Made by a program: the position numbers and the translations under genes
Part shown: positions 27,033 through 41,149 of the stretch, in pieces
Layout of the letters: every line of letters begins with the position of its first letter
Numbering within the stretch: the first letter of the stretch is position 1
The notes under the pieces: generated by a model
What the model was told of the DNA's origin: nothing
Database searches by the model: none
What the model saw: the letters and a program-made list of their open reading frames with translations, nothing else
Source: Sphyrna mokarran
Lineage: Eukaryota
DNA: 64,000 nucleotides
NCBI GenBank assembly: GCA_024679065.1
Contig: JAGIQG010000003.1
Coordinates: 48,546,001 to 48,610,000, forward strand
Direction: 5' to 3'

Positions 27033-29169
27033 AAATGTATCAATAATCAGAATTGTACTGACAGAGCCTTACACAATGTTAAATGCTTATCTGATTGATG
27101 ATATTGTTAACTATTTTAAAAACCCTTTGATAACACTTCAATTTGCATTTAACTGAGTAAGTAGAAGTTGATTGATTATTTAAAAATTTTCAAAGAACAA
27201 GCTTCTGTTACTGCTTTTACCGTTTAATTGAAGGGTTGTATAATGCTCAATTCCTGAAAACTGTCAGTCACCCATGATGTTGTCCACACTTCGGCAACAT
27301 AGCCTGAATTTTACCATACAGAACTCAAGATAGTTGCAGTTTCTGTTCAGAGTTGGCATTTTGTGACATTGTAGTCTTGTTGATTTGGTGCTTTTGACTC
27401 AAAAGAGCACAAAAACGTGGAAACATAAAGCACAATTTAATTTGTGCATCTGTGGTTGCAAAGTATTTTAATTCAGACAGCTGTGACTGAAGAGTTAATA
27501 TTTTACTTGTCAGAAACTGAAACGAAGACAGTGAATCACTCTAATTCTCATTAAGAGGCTTTCCCCCAGTAGCACCCTAATTCAAAATAATGAAAGAAAA
27601 GACTGAGCACCAATCTAATACCAGTTGAGGCCTATCTTTTAATATTTCTTCAATGATGGATTAGAGATTGGAGAAATTCATCTCAGATCTTAGAGCCTAA
27701 TTTAATAAGGAATCGTTCCAAGAGTATTGCATTTTATAATAATGTCATTTAATGTGTCGTCTTCCATTTTTACTGTCCCATATGTATGCTTACATAATGG
27801 TGCCACAGGGATAAACTTTTAAAAAGACAGTCATCCTTTTTGATGGAATGTATGGGCTCGATTTCAAAACTATGACCAAATAAACTTACTACAAAGATGT
27901 GAAAGATGATATGTTTCATGAAAACTTGCGAAGTCTAAATAACTATAATTGAAAAATAGGAGAAAATTAACTTGCATGAAGACTAAACAAAAAATTAAAT
28001 AGAAATTCAGATGTCTTTTTAAAAGCATCCAAAACTTAACACAAAGATATTCATTTTTGAAATGGTATTTTGTACAGTCAAAAATTACAATTACTGACAA
28101 ACTGTATATATTAAGAATATCACAACTAATGTTCTTCTTGATCCAACTACAAACATTATCTTTTTTTTCAGAAAACTTTTAAACCAAATCTTTAAAGTCA
28201 AAATTAAATATTTACTCATGAACAAAACATTCTAATAACAGACCTAAAATGTGAACTGCTGTATATGAATAAAACCAACTTAATCAAAGGAAATATCATT
28301 TTTTTTCCATTTATGCCATTGATGCTTGGAAAGACCTCACAATAACACCATTGTTTGAGGTATATCTATTTTAGACGAAGTTCATTAGGAGGGAAAGAAA
28401 GGTTTTTGTAGAAAACTGGATGTACTTTAAAAATCTCAAGTGAATACTGCATTTCATTCTCCAAATACTAATACTTGGCTTCTCCCAAATTTCCGTACTT
28501 GCCCCTGATTTGCTTCCCCTTCTTCCATACTTCAATTATGCTACAGAACCACATTTCAAAGCATTAATACTAGCCAAAACTGTGACATGCGTTCATCAGG
28601 GAACAAGAAACATCAGGGATAAAAATTGAGACTCGTCTAACTGACTTAGCCAACAAAAACCATGTAAAATTGTGATCTGATCCGACAGGATTGGATACAG
28701 GATTCATCAGATGAATCTGACATCTGTGTTCCTGAATGCTTATAGAGCTGTCCTTTTATACTACAGTCAGTTTCAGATGGTGGCAGTTAAAGCAAAAATG
28801 GTGCCTGCTATCCATGACTGTTTCTGCCCTCCTCTCGCCAGACAACACTTCTGCAAATAGATCTCCCTTGCCAATTGCAATCTTTAAAACAGGAAGCACA
28901 AAAGAAGTCAAAAAATATACCTTCAAAAATATTGGATATGGACAAAAATCAGATAATTGTGCATGCAAAAACATATAAAAAGGCATTTCGAATACTTATC
29001 CATTGTTTAATTTTTAAATGTTGATTGGAAAATTCCTCTGAATATTCACATAGAAGTTAAACTGGATCAAGAAAAAAAAAAGGGAATATTGAGAGTCATC
29101 AGCGATCTGCCCAAGGTGAAAATGTTCAATGGTATTGCTATTTTTTCAGACTAGAAAACGACAAACACC

Positions 29170-32100
29170 CATGTGTGGAATTGGGTTCTATAGTGCCAGC
29201 ATCAACAGTACTACAGAAGCCTCAAGACAAGAAAATGCACTGCCCATCTTTGTATGATCTGGAAGGGTGAACTATGCTGAGAAGGGCTAAGTATGCTGTG
29301 TGAGAGCCAGAAGTGGCAGAACTGATACCATCCTGAGGTCAAATAGCAGTTCCAATTGATCTGACATTAGTTTCAAGAACTTCATCTGCATAAAGTGAAA
29401 ACTGCACTTACCTTACTCTCCATGACACTACCCTCAATTCATCCCTCCACTTTTGCATAGCCAAGAACGACGGCCTGCGTAACCAGAGCTCATCAAGGAG
29501 GAAGACAAGGAGCAACCTCACAGTGACAAGGAACCATCATCACTTAATCTAATATTCTCAGACATTAGCTCATACAGCGACACTGCACATACCTTCAAGA
29601 CCAAAAGTCAACTGTGCTGACCACTCCCAGTTGGTCAAATGTTTAGCAGTACTAGGCACCATCTTCCAATAAAGCCATTCAAAGGGCTAGGTATCAATTT
29701 GCAGGTGAGGTGCTTTTTGACTTACTTGTGCACAGGTTGCATTTGTGAAAATGTTGTGCAGTACTTTTGGAAGATTTTGGTGAGCTGTGGGACAAAGGTA
29801 CAAGATTTTATCAGGATAGCAGTAGTCATTATGGTATAGCTCACCAACAATTACACACAAATGATTCTTTGGCATCTCTACAAGAGGGAGAGATGCAAAA
29901 ACATTAAGGGCTACCACTACATCAACTTGCAGCTGATGTGCAACCATACCAATAACGTTGTGTCAATGAATACGTGTTATCCTGGTATCAGCCACATGTG
30001 CCCATGATTTTCAGACCTCCACAGAGAACCAACTTGGATCGTTTTGCTCTGATTATGCTGTTAGAGAGCACTCTTCTGCTGATCACAATAGACCCATTAT
30101 TCCCATATATATTTGACTCATCCCATCAAGCATTCCATTGACCAATAGGCAATAATAAAAGCAATGCAGAAAATTCTTCTCATTAATTTTTTTTATTCAA
30201 TAACACATTCAATTATGTAAGCATCCCTTTACTGCCTGACTTGTACACAGCCTTGTCCCACTGATTGCAGCATGGCTGCTGACTCATGATACAGGGAGAC
30301 TGCAGGTGGCCTTGGAGGACACCTTTGAGCTTTGAGGTTTCAGCTTCAGACTGCATCATCTCAGTATGGGAGGTAGCAGGCTGGGTTACTAGGAATCAGA
30401 AAGAGCGTTATAGAAATAACAATGGTGGGAGTATGAATTCTGTCACCCTGAGAGAGAGAGAGAGCTATGAGTTTGTGTTCCAATGTTGCCACTGCTGCAG
30501 AGCAGTATCTCTGTAATCCTCGTACACAGTAGATGGACAGATTGCTGGACTTCCTTGAAAGATTAGAGACCCCTTTTGAGCACTGACATATGCAACCATG
30601 ATGGCAGCAGCCTGAACCTGCACAGCAGCCAGCATGACATCAACTTGAACTTCCACTACAATACTGAGACATCCACTTTGTGCCGAAATGGAAACTGAGA
30701 CAAGGGTCATTAGGTGCTCCATCATGGCTAAATCTGCTCATGCTGTCGTGATGTTGATCCCAATTCTACAGTGGAAATGATGGGACTCCAAAGTCTGCCT
30801 GATTGTCAATTGGAGCTGGGCAACAAAATGTTAAGCAAGCCTGCCAATAAAATCAAGAACTTCCATGTACCTTCACGTCAGCGTTCTCCTCTATTCTGCT
30901 CTCTCAAAGTCCTCAGCTGAATCACTTGTAACAGAGCTCGTCTGCAATTTTGTCCACTGAGGAGATGGCACACATGCATCTTTCTCTAAGGCTTGACTAT
31001 AGCTCACTCAGGTCTGGAGACTCACCATGCTGATCCCAAATCTATTCTGCTCTCTAGGCATGCACTGTGCCAGTGATTCCTCATCATTGTGAGGTTGCCT
31101 TCACTCTTCTGAGCAGGTAGCCATTATTGGCCAAGTAGAAATGGAGAGTTGGACTGAGGGTGGGGTGTGGGGGAATCATTCTGCCTGATATCTGTAGGGT
31201 GGAGGGGGGATCTCTCTGCCTGAGATCAGGGTGGTGCGGGGGCTACGGGGGTCCACACTGCCTGATGTCAGTGGTCGAAGGGCCACAATCAGTCTAGGTA
31301 GTAGAGTGGGTGGGGGGATAAGGGGTCAGTAATGTTGTAGAAATGAAACAATGTCTGGGAGGGCCGGGGGAGGCAGTATCCATGAGGGATGTGGCATGGA
31401 AGTGTTATTCTATCATGTTTTTTCTGCACATGTGCAGTAGGAGTTGCTGATCGGAGCTGCACTGTTTTGGGTGCATTAAGCCCCGCCCACAGACTTCTGC
31501 AGTGCGATTCAGACTCTCTGATATTTTTGAAGGCAGAATACATATGAACCAGAACAGCTCTAAAAGCCAAATCAGAAACATTTCCAGTTTCAAATCTGCC
31601 CAGCACTTATAATCAAATTGGTAAAATGGGGCGCATAGTGTGACACTGTGTTTGCCATAGCTAAATGGTTGGAAGTATGTGGAGACAGTGAAAAGAGTGA
31701 TGTGAGATAACTTTGGAAGGTATATGTATGTGAGGTGGAACATGAGTGTTAGGTGTGAATTCTAGTTGCAAGGAACTGATGTTACGTAATTGGTGCATGT
31801 GTGATGTATAGAACATCAAAAAAGATTGGGGGTACGATGGGTAGGAAATGTAACGTGAAGATACATTCAATGACTTTGAACACAAGTATGAGGTCATTAA
31901 GCATTTTCCAATACTACTGCCAGGTCAACTGGGTCAGAATCTGGGAGTGACCAACTTGCCACCTGCTATCCCTCTCTTTGGAGAGTTTGCCTTGATAGAA
32001 TTCTGTCTCCCTCTGGAAACATGACCTCTTTCCTCCTATCCATCTCCATCATAGTTTGGTGAACTTAGGAGCCCTCTTGGTGACTTCATGTTCAGTTTCA

Positions 32101-32370
32101 TTTGTTTACAATTGTTGTTATATAATTCAACAGCAATCTCCTATGAATCAATGCATCTTCCCTTTAAGAGGGACAGACTGCCTTTGAAGGCTGGAGGCTA
32201 GCCTTGCATGTTAACAGGTCTCTGCGAATCACGACTCCCACACCAAACCTCGGTTCAAACCAATTTCTCGTATTTTGGCTCCAGCTTTTCCCATTTCCAG
32301 AATTTAAAAAAGTGCTTCAGTCAGTCATTTGCATGTTTCCCAGTAACATATACTGAACGCAATCTTGTAT
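29170..32370. mobile_element. Decayed autonomous PIF/Harbinger transposon (plus-strand DDE nuclease, minus-strand Myb/SANT gene)
   Basis: Plus 29900-29995 translates NIKGYHYINLQLMCNHTNNVVSMNTCYPGISH (cf. NRKG.HS.NVQL.CD......V.A.YPGS.HD). Minus ~32090-31870 gives KRAPKFT / MEMDRRKEVMFPEGDR / TWQ*YWKMLNDL (Myb/SANT-like). Boundaries approximate. Confidence 0.75.
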
Positions 32371-32585
32371 CAAGGCATCGTGATTATCATTGCCAGAGTT
32401 AGGTCAACCTATTGGTATCTGGATTACACTGTTTTGTAAGAGACATATTTCATACTGTCTTTCTGTCAACTCTGATCTATTGGCAGCAAAAAAAGTATTC
32501 TTCAGAAGAATTTTAGAACACTCCAGCTGCCAGGAGTAAATGAAGAGGAAATGCTGTTTTCCAGAATCAGCTCACATACACCAGG

Positions 32586-32840
32586 ATGGCACAGTGACGC
32601 AGGGGTTAGCATTGCTGCCTCACATTAGCCAGGGGCCTTGGTTTGGGTCACTATCTGTGTGGAGTTTGCATATCTTCCCGATGTCTTCATGGGTTTCCTC
32701 TGGGTGCTCCGGTTTTCTCCCACAGTCTGAAAGACATGCTAGTTAGGTACATTGACCTGAACAGCTACCAAAGTGTGGCAACTGGAGGAATTCTATTGCA
32801 GTATTAATGTAAGCCTTACTTGTGACTAATAAATAAATAA
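32586..32840 (+). mobile_element. HE1-type V-SINE
   Basis: 'ggcacagtgacgcaggggttagcattgctgcctcac...tgtgtggagtttgca..tcttccc...tgggtttcctctgggtgctccggttttctcccacagtc' (tRNA head plus V-domain). Confidence 0.85.
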
Positions 32841-34337
32841 ACTTTAATAAAGGTGCCATAGTCAGCAATAAGGTAAATCTGAAGGAGAGGTGTGGGAGAA
32901 CAGGCCAAGACATGTGAGGGAAGGAAGGTAACCACCCAGATTATCTTTGTGAAGTCTGATGAACTCTCCTGCTCCTTTTGATCCCACAAAAATCATTTTA
33001 AATTTTCCTTTAGCAGTCTCTTTGACTCCATGACAGAAAAACTGATCAAAACCTAACGTATGTTCTGACTAGTTTTGTGCTGTAATCAAGTATTTTCTAG
33101 ATCATTGGACATTAAGAAGGCCTGAGCACTTGAAACAAACAAATGCATCATCTATCCACGGGTAGGTCTCAAAGTGGCAGTGGCAGAGTGCTTCTATTAA
33201 CAGTCCATCACATCATTTTGAGGATATGTTAATGTAAGTTTTGAAAAATTAAAATCAATTCCTGTGAAACTCGTCTTGAATTTTCTGAGGCGGTCAAGCA
33301 ATGAAAGGCTACACTTGCAAAGACTAATCTCAATTATAAGTAAGTAGTAACAAAATGACTACAACTGGATATGTTCTTTTCTCTGAGGAAGTGATCAATT
33401 TGCCTTCTAAAGTTCTGCAATGATTCTGCACTCGTCACATGTCTCAGCAGATTGTTCCATAATACAATGACTTTGCATAAAAAGTAGTATTAACTAGCAT
33501 CCAAGTGAACTCTTAGCCTATAGATTTTATAGACATGATAAGTAGTCCTTCCAGCACCTGTTCCAGACAATCTTTCTAATTCAATCTCTTCTCTATTTTA
33601 AATACTTCAAGCATATCCTTCCTCAGCCTAATATTTGTCTAAAGTAAATAATGCAAGGAAATGTTCCCTTGAATGAAATAGCAATGCATACAAATGATTA
33701 TGAGAATATTATTAGTCTTATTTTACAGCAACTTGCAAATTTGTTTTATCTAACTTTTATCCCAATCAAAATCTTTCCTCTTTAAGAAAGAAACAATTGC
33801 TTCTAAGTTAGCAGAATTGATCACTGACCAATCTTACTTAGCGCACTGAGTCTAAGTAGATCCAGCTGACCAGAAGGAAGGTAATCCAATTAAAAGAGAA
33901 TAAACAAAATGGTTACAAGGATATGGATATAGATCCTGAAAAATGACTATTTGTTATGCATTTTACATGCAATCTTTATGCAATATATGTATGTGTCACA
34001 ATTATAAAGACAGTGGTGAAACTAAAAGAAAGATTAGTACCTAAAAATATCAGCAATAAAACATTTCAATAACTTCCATCAGCTTTGACATCTCAGTGCA
34101 ACATCAAAGATTTCTTTTGAATGAAACCTGATGCTTTAAGTGTCACACAGAAATTTACCCTGCTAGGTGCTGTTGAGTTATTGGGCTATCAAGCTACTGA
34201 TAAAGTTAATAAGACACATCTATGATGTCTGGATTGTTGGTTGAAGGATATGATTCTCACTTTGGATATTGCCGTTAACGAGTCTGTGTCAGGCCATGAA
34301 TTCAAATCCCAGATAAGCCCATTGCTGTTATTTTCTA

Positions 34338-34600
34338 TACAGTGGCACAACGGTTAGCATTGCTACCTCACAGAAGTGTTCAATTCCAGCCTCGGGTGAC
34401 TGCTTGGAGTTTCCACATACTCCCATGTCTGTGCATGAGGGTTAAATGGATTGACCATACTCAATTGCCCCCTCAAGTCAGGGGGATTAGCAGGGTAAAT
34501 ACATGGAGTTACAAGGATAAGGGATTGTGTAGGATTGTTATCAGTACAGGCTCAATGGGCCAAATGGTCTCCTTCTGTGGTATAGGGAATCTATGATATC
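34338..34600 (+). mobile_element. HE1-type SINE, internally deleted
   Basis: 'cagtggcacaacggttagcattgctacctcacag...ggagtttccacat...', tail 'atgggccaaatggtctccttctg'. Confidence 0.8.
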
Positions 34601-35859
34601 ACCATGCAAATTTATAGAATCTTGTTTTTTTTTAAATTGGCTAAAAAACACCTGGAAATTGCATTGAGCAAAGCAATCTTTACTTCTAAATTGCCCTTCA
34701 ACTCCATAATGGGGAGTGAGAATAGAAAGGCAAAGAAATAAAATTATCCTAACATGTATCAATGGAAGAGACAATGCGAATAGATATTGATTCATTAAAA
34801 AGGACTGATTTAAAATAATGAGGAAAGCAGAGACACGAGAAAAAAATGAAACAGAGAAAACACAACTAGAATTTACATTTTGTTTGTGAAATTGTATTTT
34901 TACATGTTTAATGTTTGTGAAGTTGTTTCTAAAGTTTGAATTGCTCTTATTACTGTAATAATCTTTTCTATGCAGCATTTTAACTTGGCAACTTCACAGG
35001 TCTGGAAGGGCTCACTGCAAATCCTCTATGCTGTCTAATCTGGTATTTAACCTGAAATATTAGTTACTGTGCCTGTTTTTAACCGACTACTGTTTATGCA
35101 CAGGGATGGTAAGTTTACATTACATTCTGGCCATTTGTGACTTTTCATTCCGTATTGGTCATGCAGCTTTTAACAATCTGGACATGCTCCTCCTGCAGAT
35201 TTTGTGTCAAATACCTTCAAAGTGCAGACTGTACTAGTCCTTGAGGGGAGGAAATCCTTTTGGCAAGAATTTACCCTTCACCATCTGCTGCACTCCCATA
35301 CTGCCGACTTAGATCTAGCACTGGCCAATTCCCCTGATCACCTGGAAAAAACACCAGCTGGCACATCTGACCACCACTTCATCTGTATCTGAGTAGCCTT
35401 TCATACTATCTTGACAGAAATACCAAATGCAAGGTTGGGCTATGTGACAAAGATAATTGGAATAGTCTCAACTAGGAAGTTGTTACTTCAGCCTGGCAGC
35501 CTCTCTATCAAGAGTTCATTTGATTTCAGACCAGAAAGATTATATTCAGCCCACTAAAGTGCATCCTTCACCTAAAGATTGATATCTTGACTTTACCTCA
35601 CAAATTGGTTTGTTTGCTTATAAGTTACTTGTTTCCTTACTATTTCTCAATCCAGATGAAACTGAGGTATAGCCTTGTGGCAATACAACAGATTATTTAC
35701 CCTTTGAAAGCATCGCACTTGAGCATAATTCCATTCTCATGACAGCCATATGCACATTTGCCAGCTGATAATTTGTACTGAATGGTGGGAAAATCAGGCT
35801 GTTTTTAGCTCTCTATTGCCCATGGGACATTGGAGCCAATTGTGGTGCCCCATATAGTT

Positions 35860-36230
35860 GGTTATACAGGAACAGGAGAAGGTTATTCAGACCCTTGAGC
35901 CTGGTCCGCATTCAACTAGATCATGGCTGATTATCTACCTCGATGTCATTTTTCCATACATTCCCATATCCATTGATGTCATGAGTAATGATTTCTGTTC
36001 TAAACATGCTCAATGAACTTGCACAGCCTGCTGGAGTAGAGAATCCCAATGATCCACAACCCTGTGCGTGTGGAAATTCATCCTCATCTCAGTTCTGCAC
36101 CTGATTCTGACAAGGTGTTTCCTAGTTCTAGACCATTTCCTTCCCCTTCCCCATGCCTCCCAACATCTTTTCTGCATCTCCCCTGTCTAGCCCCTTAAAA
36201 AGTTTGTAAGTTTCAATGAGATATATGATT
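35860..36230 (-). mobile_element. CR1-type LINE 3' end
   Basis: ORF 36128..36331 contains 'LIETYKLFKGLDRGDAEKM'; antisense 3' tail at 35870-35930. Confidence 0.75.
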
Positions 36231-36944
36231 ATGCTGCAATGCAGCACTACATCATAAAAAGACTTACTACGCTGGATGGTCAGGCAAGCAAAAAGAAAGG
36301 AACATATTTTCATACCCATTATTCTTCTCACTCGATTGCCAGAAGTACAAGTCCACGATCATCTCCAAGCTGATTAATATCAGATAGGGTCTAGTCCAGA
36401 AGTTAGTGGAAGATGGCTAAATGCGTATTTTATTTTAAGAAAGACAGAACTTAATTCAGTAATGAAAGAAAATGTAGGGGAAATTTTCAGCCCAGATTTG
36501 CTATGAGCGAATAGCAAGATGGGTGGAAAATAAGGAAAGAATCAGGAAATGTGTGTCTCACCAGTGGGATCACATTTTCCAGTTTTCCCTGCCCTCACTG
36601 GTGATACAACTAGGTTCCCATGAACGATGACACTCCGATCTCTGTCAGGTCAGCCTTGCCAACTCTATCAGACCCCCGTCCCATCAGACAGATAGCACAA
36701 ACCCCACCCACTCATTTTTTTTATTCAGAAGTTCAAGATTTGGAATGAAAACTGTGCTGTGCAGTTTGGAAAGCTACATATCACTTCACAATATGAGCCT
36801 GAAAAATTATAGGAAATTTCCATCCGCAGTATTGACAAACATTGTACCTTCCAAAAATGCTCTGCCATTCAAGGTTACAAGATCAAATATGTTAGATCAA
36901 GAAATTTAGACATCTCATTCCAACGCAAATTGGTCTCCAGTGAC

Positions 36945-37258
36945 ACCTCTCAGCATCAAGGACCCAGTGGAGTTTGCGTGGGATTTCTCCAGCTGCTTCA
37001 GTTTTCTCTCAGTCCAAAGATAGACAGATTAGATGCTTTGGCCATTCTAAATTGTCTCTTACTGTCAGGGGGATTAGCAGCATAAATATGTGGGGTTATG
37101 GGGATACAGCCCCAGTGGGATTGCCATATGGGTTAGGGGAATTGAGGTAAATATTTGAGGTCAGAAGCATAGAATCTGGGTAAGATACTCTGTCAAACAA
37201 TCGGTTCAAACTTGATGGGCCAAATAGACTCCTTCTGCACTGTAAGGATTCTATGATA
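36945..37258 (+). mobile_element. HE1-type SINE
   Basis: 'ggagtttgcgtgggatttctcc...agtccaaaga...ggccattctaaattg...gatgggccaaatagactccttctgcactgtaaggattctatgat'. Confidence 0.8.
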
Positions 37259-38169
37259 ATGTAAAATGCCAGCAAATTTGCTACGGCCTGCTTTGTATAA
37301 AAGCTGAAGTTCTTGAATTTTTGATTTAAGATGATCAAAACCAATGGCAGTTAAATTATTTCAATACAGATAAAGAAGCTATAACAAAACTGTAGTTCAA
37401 AGTTGGGTATTGATTTTAATTCTAAGCACAATAGTGCTATGAATTACTTTGTCCAAGGGATAAACCCAGAGCGCTTTTTAAAACAGAAGTTAACTAACTC
37501 TACTACTTCAAGATGCTGCTAGCATGACCTTGAATGGTGCTGTCTCGTGGAGATTCTTGAAATCCTTGTATGTACTAGATTCAGCGAGTTTGAGCCTTAG
37601 AGGGCACAGCACTTGCAAAACTGTAGCTCCTCAGCTGCTGCTGGGGCAGTCTGGGCCAACTGGCTTTCTGGCAACATATCTCATACTAATCAAAGGAGAA
37701 GTAGGGAGCCAACATACATACTGATGAGTACATAGGACTTGATAGATTGAGGCTTATAGGTAAGCCTAGTAGGTAGGATATGATTGGCGCAACTTGTGGG
37801 CCGAAGGGCCTGTTTGTGCTGTAGTTTGTTCTACGTTCTATATACTCTTCTCCTGCTGTACCACTGCCACTCCCATAATGCTGAGATCAGCATTTTCTAC
37901 CGATCTGCGAGAGAACAGACTAAAGAAAGTGAGTAACATCTTCAAAACTCTTGTCCATTTGCTCCATTGACCTGCACAAGGTGGATGCTTCCCTCAATGT
38001 TTGAATCAAATAAAGTCATTGAAGTTATTAAGTTTCTACGAAAAACTGCAAAGTCTATAATTGTCGACAACTGAACTGAGGACTCAAGTTGCAGTGCCAC
38101 GTTGTCCAAAGTAGAGTGCAGAGTGTTGATACCGTGCAATAACATAACATATTATATTAAACGTTTTCT

Positions 38170-39300
38170 CTCTCAGAGGGTCATTAGTATGTGAAATGCC
38201 TCTCGCCAGAAACCAATGAAGACCAAATAATTGAATTGAATTGAAGGCAAGGCTGGGTTAAACAGGTTTTGATAGACAAAGGAGTCAAGAATTACACAGG
38301 ACAGATGGCAAGGTGGAGTTGAGACCACAACCAAATCAATCATGATCTTACTGAATGGCAGATGAGGCTCAAAAGGGCAGAATGGTCGACTCCTGCTCCC
38401 AAGACCTATAACGAACAAAAAATAATACAGCATAGGAACAGGCTGTTTGGTCCTCCAACCTTGTGCTGATCATGGTGTTCTCCTCAGACTAACCATTTGT
38501 ATTCCTCTATTCCACATCTGTTCATGTGTCTATCCAAATAATTCTGAAATGTCACTAACATATCTGCCTCAGGACTTCACTCCACAGCACATTCCAGGCC
38601 ACCATCACACCCATATAAAAAACTTCCCTGCACATCTCCACTGAACCTTCCCCCCCTTTATCTTGAACTTGTGCCCCTTGAGTTGTTATTTTTGTCCTGG
38701 GAAAAAGCTCCCGACTGTTCATCCTACTTATACAGGCTCAAAGGGCTAGATGGCCTAATCCTGCTCCTATTTCTTATGTTCATATGTTCTTATCATCCTC
38801 AATTTTATAAACTTCCATCAGGTCACCCCTCAGCCTGTGTCTTTCCAGGGAGGACAATCCCTGTTTATTCCATCTCTTCTCATAGTTAATACCCTCCATT
38901 ACAGGCAACATCCTGGTAAACATTTTCTGTACTCTCTCCATATCCTTCTGGAATTGTGGCCAATAGAATTGGACACAGTATTCTAAATGGGGCCTAACCA
39001 ATGTTTTATATAACTATAACATAATTTGCCAACTTTTATACTCGATGCCCAGTCCGATGAAGGCAAACGCGCCAAATGCTTTCTTCACCACCTTTCCCGC
39101 CTGTGCTGTCACTTTTAAGGATTTGTGGACATGCATGCCCAGAGCTTTCTATGTGTCTACATTCCTAATGGTTCTGCCACTTATTTTGTAGCCCCCAGCT
39201 GAATTGGATCTACCAAAATGTATCACCTTGCTTTTGTCTGGATTAAATTCCATCTGCCTTTCCTCTGCCCAATCTGCCATACTATCTACGTTCCTATCAC
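38170..39300. mobile_element. Adjacent CR1 fragments (plus 3' end 38170-38410; minus ORF2 38430-39300)
   Basis: ORFs 38780..39001 'VRPHLEYCVQFYWP...LERHRLRGDLMEVYKI' and 39149..39334 'WAEERQMEFNPDKSKVIHFGRSN'. Confidence 0.85.
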
Positions 39301-39874
39301 CATGAGTGAAAGCAAATTGCCATGTTTGCAACAATGATAGTGAAACCTTTTGACAGTCCTACCAATGCCCAATATAATTTATTATGTAAAGCAAGCCATT
39401 TTATCCTCAGAGGTTCTGAAGCCAACATTATCCTTCCAAGCAGAAATGCAAGAGGATCTGCTCCTCCAATGAGCTGTTGCTAGGCCTGTTTCTTCCATCA
39501 GGACCAACTGTTCACTAGTGATGGGTCACTTGCTATGTGCAGACCCCTAACACTTGTTCAGCATGGCAATATACATGCTTATGCTTGCAAGCGACAGAAT
39601 GCATGATGATGATTGCTCAAGATTATCTTCATCTAAATTGACTGCTGCAGGATGTGGCTGTTGAGAAAAAAAGAGGAAAAAGAAAAGGGGCAAAATGAGG
39701 ATGATTCTGAGAAGTAGGAAAGAGTCAGTGACATGCAGTGCAGTTCAGCTTGATGCAATCATGTTGCACACTATGTTTTGCAAAGCTTCGTGAAGGACGT
39801 GTGAGACCATTTTCACAGTAAGCCCTTAGATACACTTCTATTATGACTGTTCTGAACAAGGCACCAATGACACC

Positions 39875-40620
39875 AATAACTCATATTTAAATAGTGCCTT
39901 CAATATCCCAAATGTCCCAAGACATGTCACAGTGACATTACCAAACACAATTTGACCCTGAATCCTCAAGGAGATTTTGAGGCAGAAGATTGATCAAAGA
40001 GTTGGATTTTAAAGTGCACGTTAAAGAAAGAGAAATCAGTAGAGAGGTTTAGACAGAGAATTCCAGAGTTAAGGACATTGGTGACTGTGCCTTCAGCTGC
40101 CAACGATTGAGTAACTAAAATCATGGATGTGCAAGTGGCCAGCAGTAGTGGAGTGGTGAAATCATGAAAGTTTGGAGGAAGTTTCAGAGATGGGAAGGTG
40201 CAAGGCCATGGAGGTATTTAAATTGGAATTTTATAATGTGAATGGGTTGGTGTGAATTAGGACACAAACAGATGATTTTGAGTGTAGAGAGAATGAAAAA
40301 TGGGAAGTCAACCTAGATGTAGTGGAATGGTCAAGTTGAGCGGTGACAAAGTTATGGTTGAGGGCTTCAGCTGCTGATGGGCCAAGGTTGGACAGAGTTT
40401 AGCGACAATTCAAAAATATGTGGTCTTAGTAATGACACGAATATCTGCTCAGGGACTCACCTTGAGATCAAATGTAACATTAAGATTGTGAACTGTCTGC
40501 AAAAGCAAAATACTGCAGAAATCTGAAATGTTAACTTTGCTCCTCTCCACAGACACTGTCTGACCTGTTCAATTTTTCCAACATTTGCTGCTTTATTTGC
40601 AATAGTCTAGTTCAGCTTAA
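39875..40620 (-). mobile_element. L2-like LINE 3' remnant
   Basis: Starts 'aactcatatttaaatagtgccttcaat...atgtcccaag', then purine-rich decayed sequence typical of an antisense L2 3' end. Confidence 0.45.
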
Positions 40621-40682
40621 GGTAATACCAGGGAACAGGGATAGAGTCTGTCACTTGGGAATTTGTGGCAGAATACAAAGAT

Positions 40683-40881
40683 AATGGCCAGAAATTTCTG
40701 TCTGTTCTTGTCAGTGGAATCTTCTGGTTCCACCAATGGTGAACCTTCACTGTCATTTCCTGACAGTAGAACAGGAAACTCCACTGGCAGTGGTAGGATC
40801 AGAAGATCCAAACACTGATGAATGGAAGGCCGTCTCCACCACTGCGAAACACGCTGCAAGGGGGCATGGAATATCCTGCCC
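40683..40881. mobile_element. MITE-like element
   Basis: Termini 'ggccagaaatttctg' and 'ggaatatcctgccc', the same terminal family as 14739-14870. Confidence 0.5.
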
Positions 40882-41149
40882 AATAGTTTCAGTCTTGCTA
40901 CTATTTAATTGGAGGATATTTCTGCGTTTCCAGTACTATTTTCCCTTGTAGGCATAAGGTGTCGTAGCAGGTAACGTATAGTGTTTCTCACTGTGGAAGC
41001 TGGAAAGAAAACACACACATCTTCTGGCCTCAACCTCATTAATTATGCTATTGAGTTTTTTGTGCCATATTCCAAGGTGGAGCTGGCTTCATAGCATATA
41101 GTCTGCTATCAAACCTGGGTACCATATTAAAAAGGTAATCAAAATCACT

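Noticed and set aside
28736-28986. Overlapping ORFs on both strands as a possible exon of a neighbouring gene (e.g. SLC66A1L/PQLC2L or VEPH1)
   Set aside because: No recognisable protein motif and no partner exons found; cannot be supported without a search.
32586-32640. tRNA-like A/B boxes here and at 18015, 34340 and 52890
   Set aside because: SINE heads followed by SINE bodies; no cloverleaf, so not tRNA genes.
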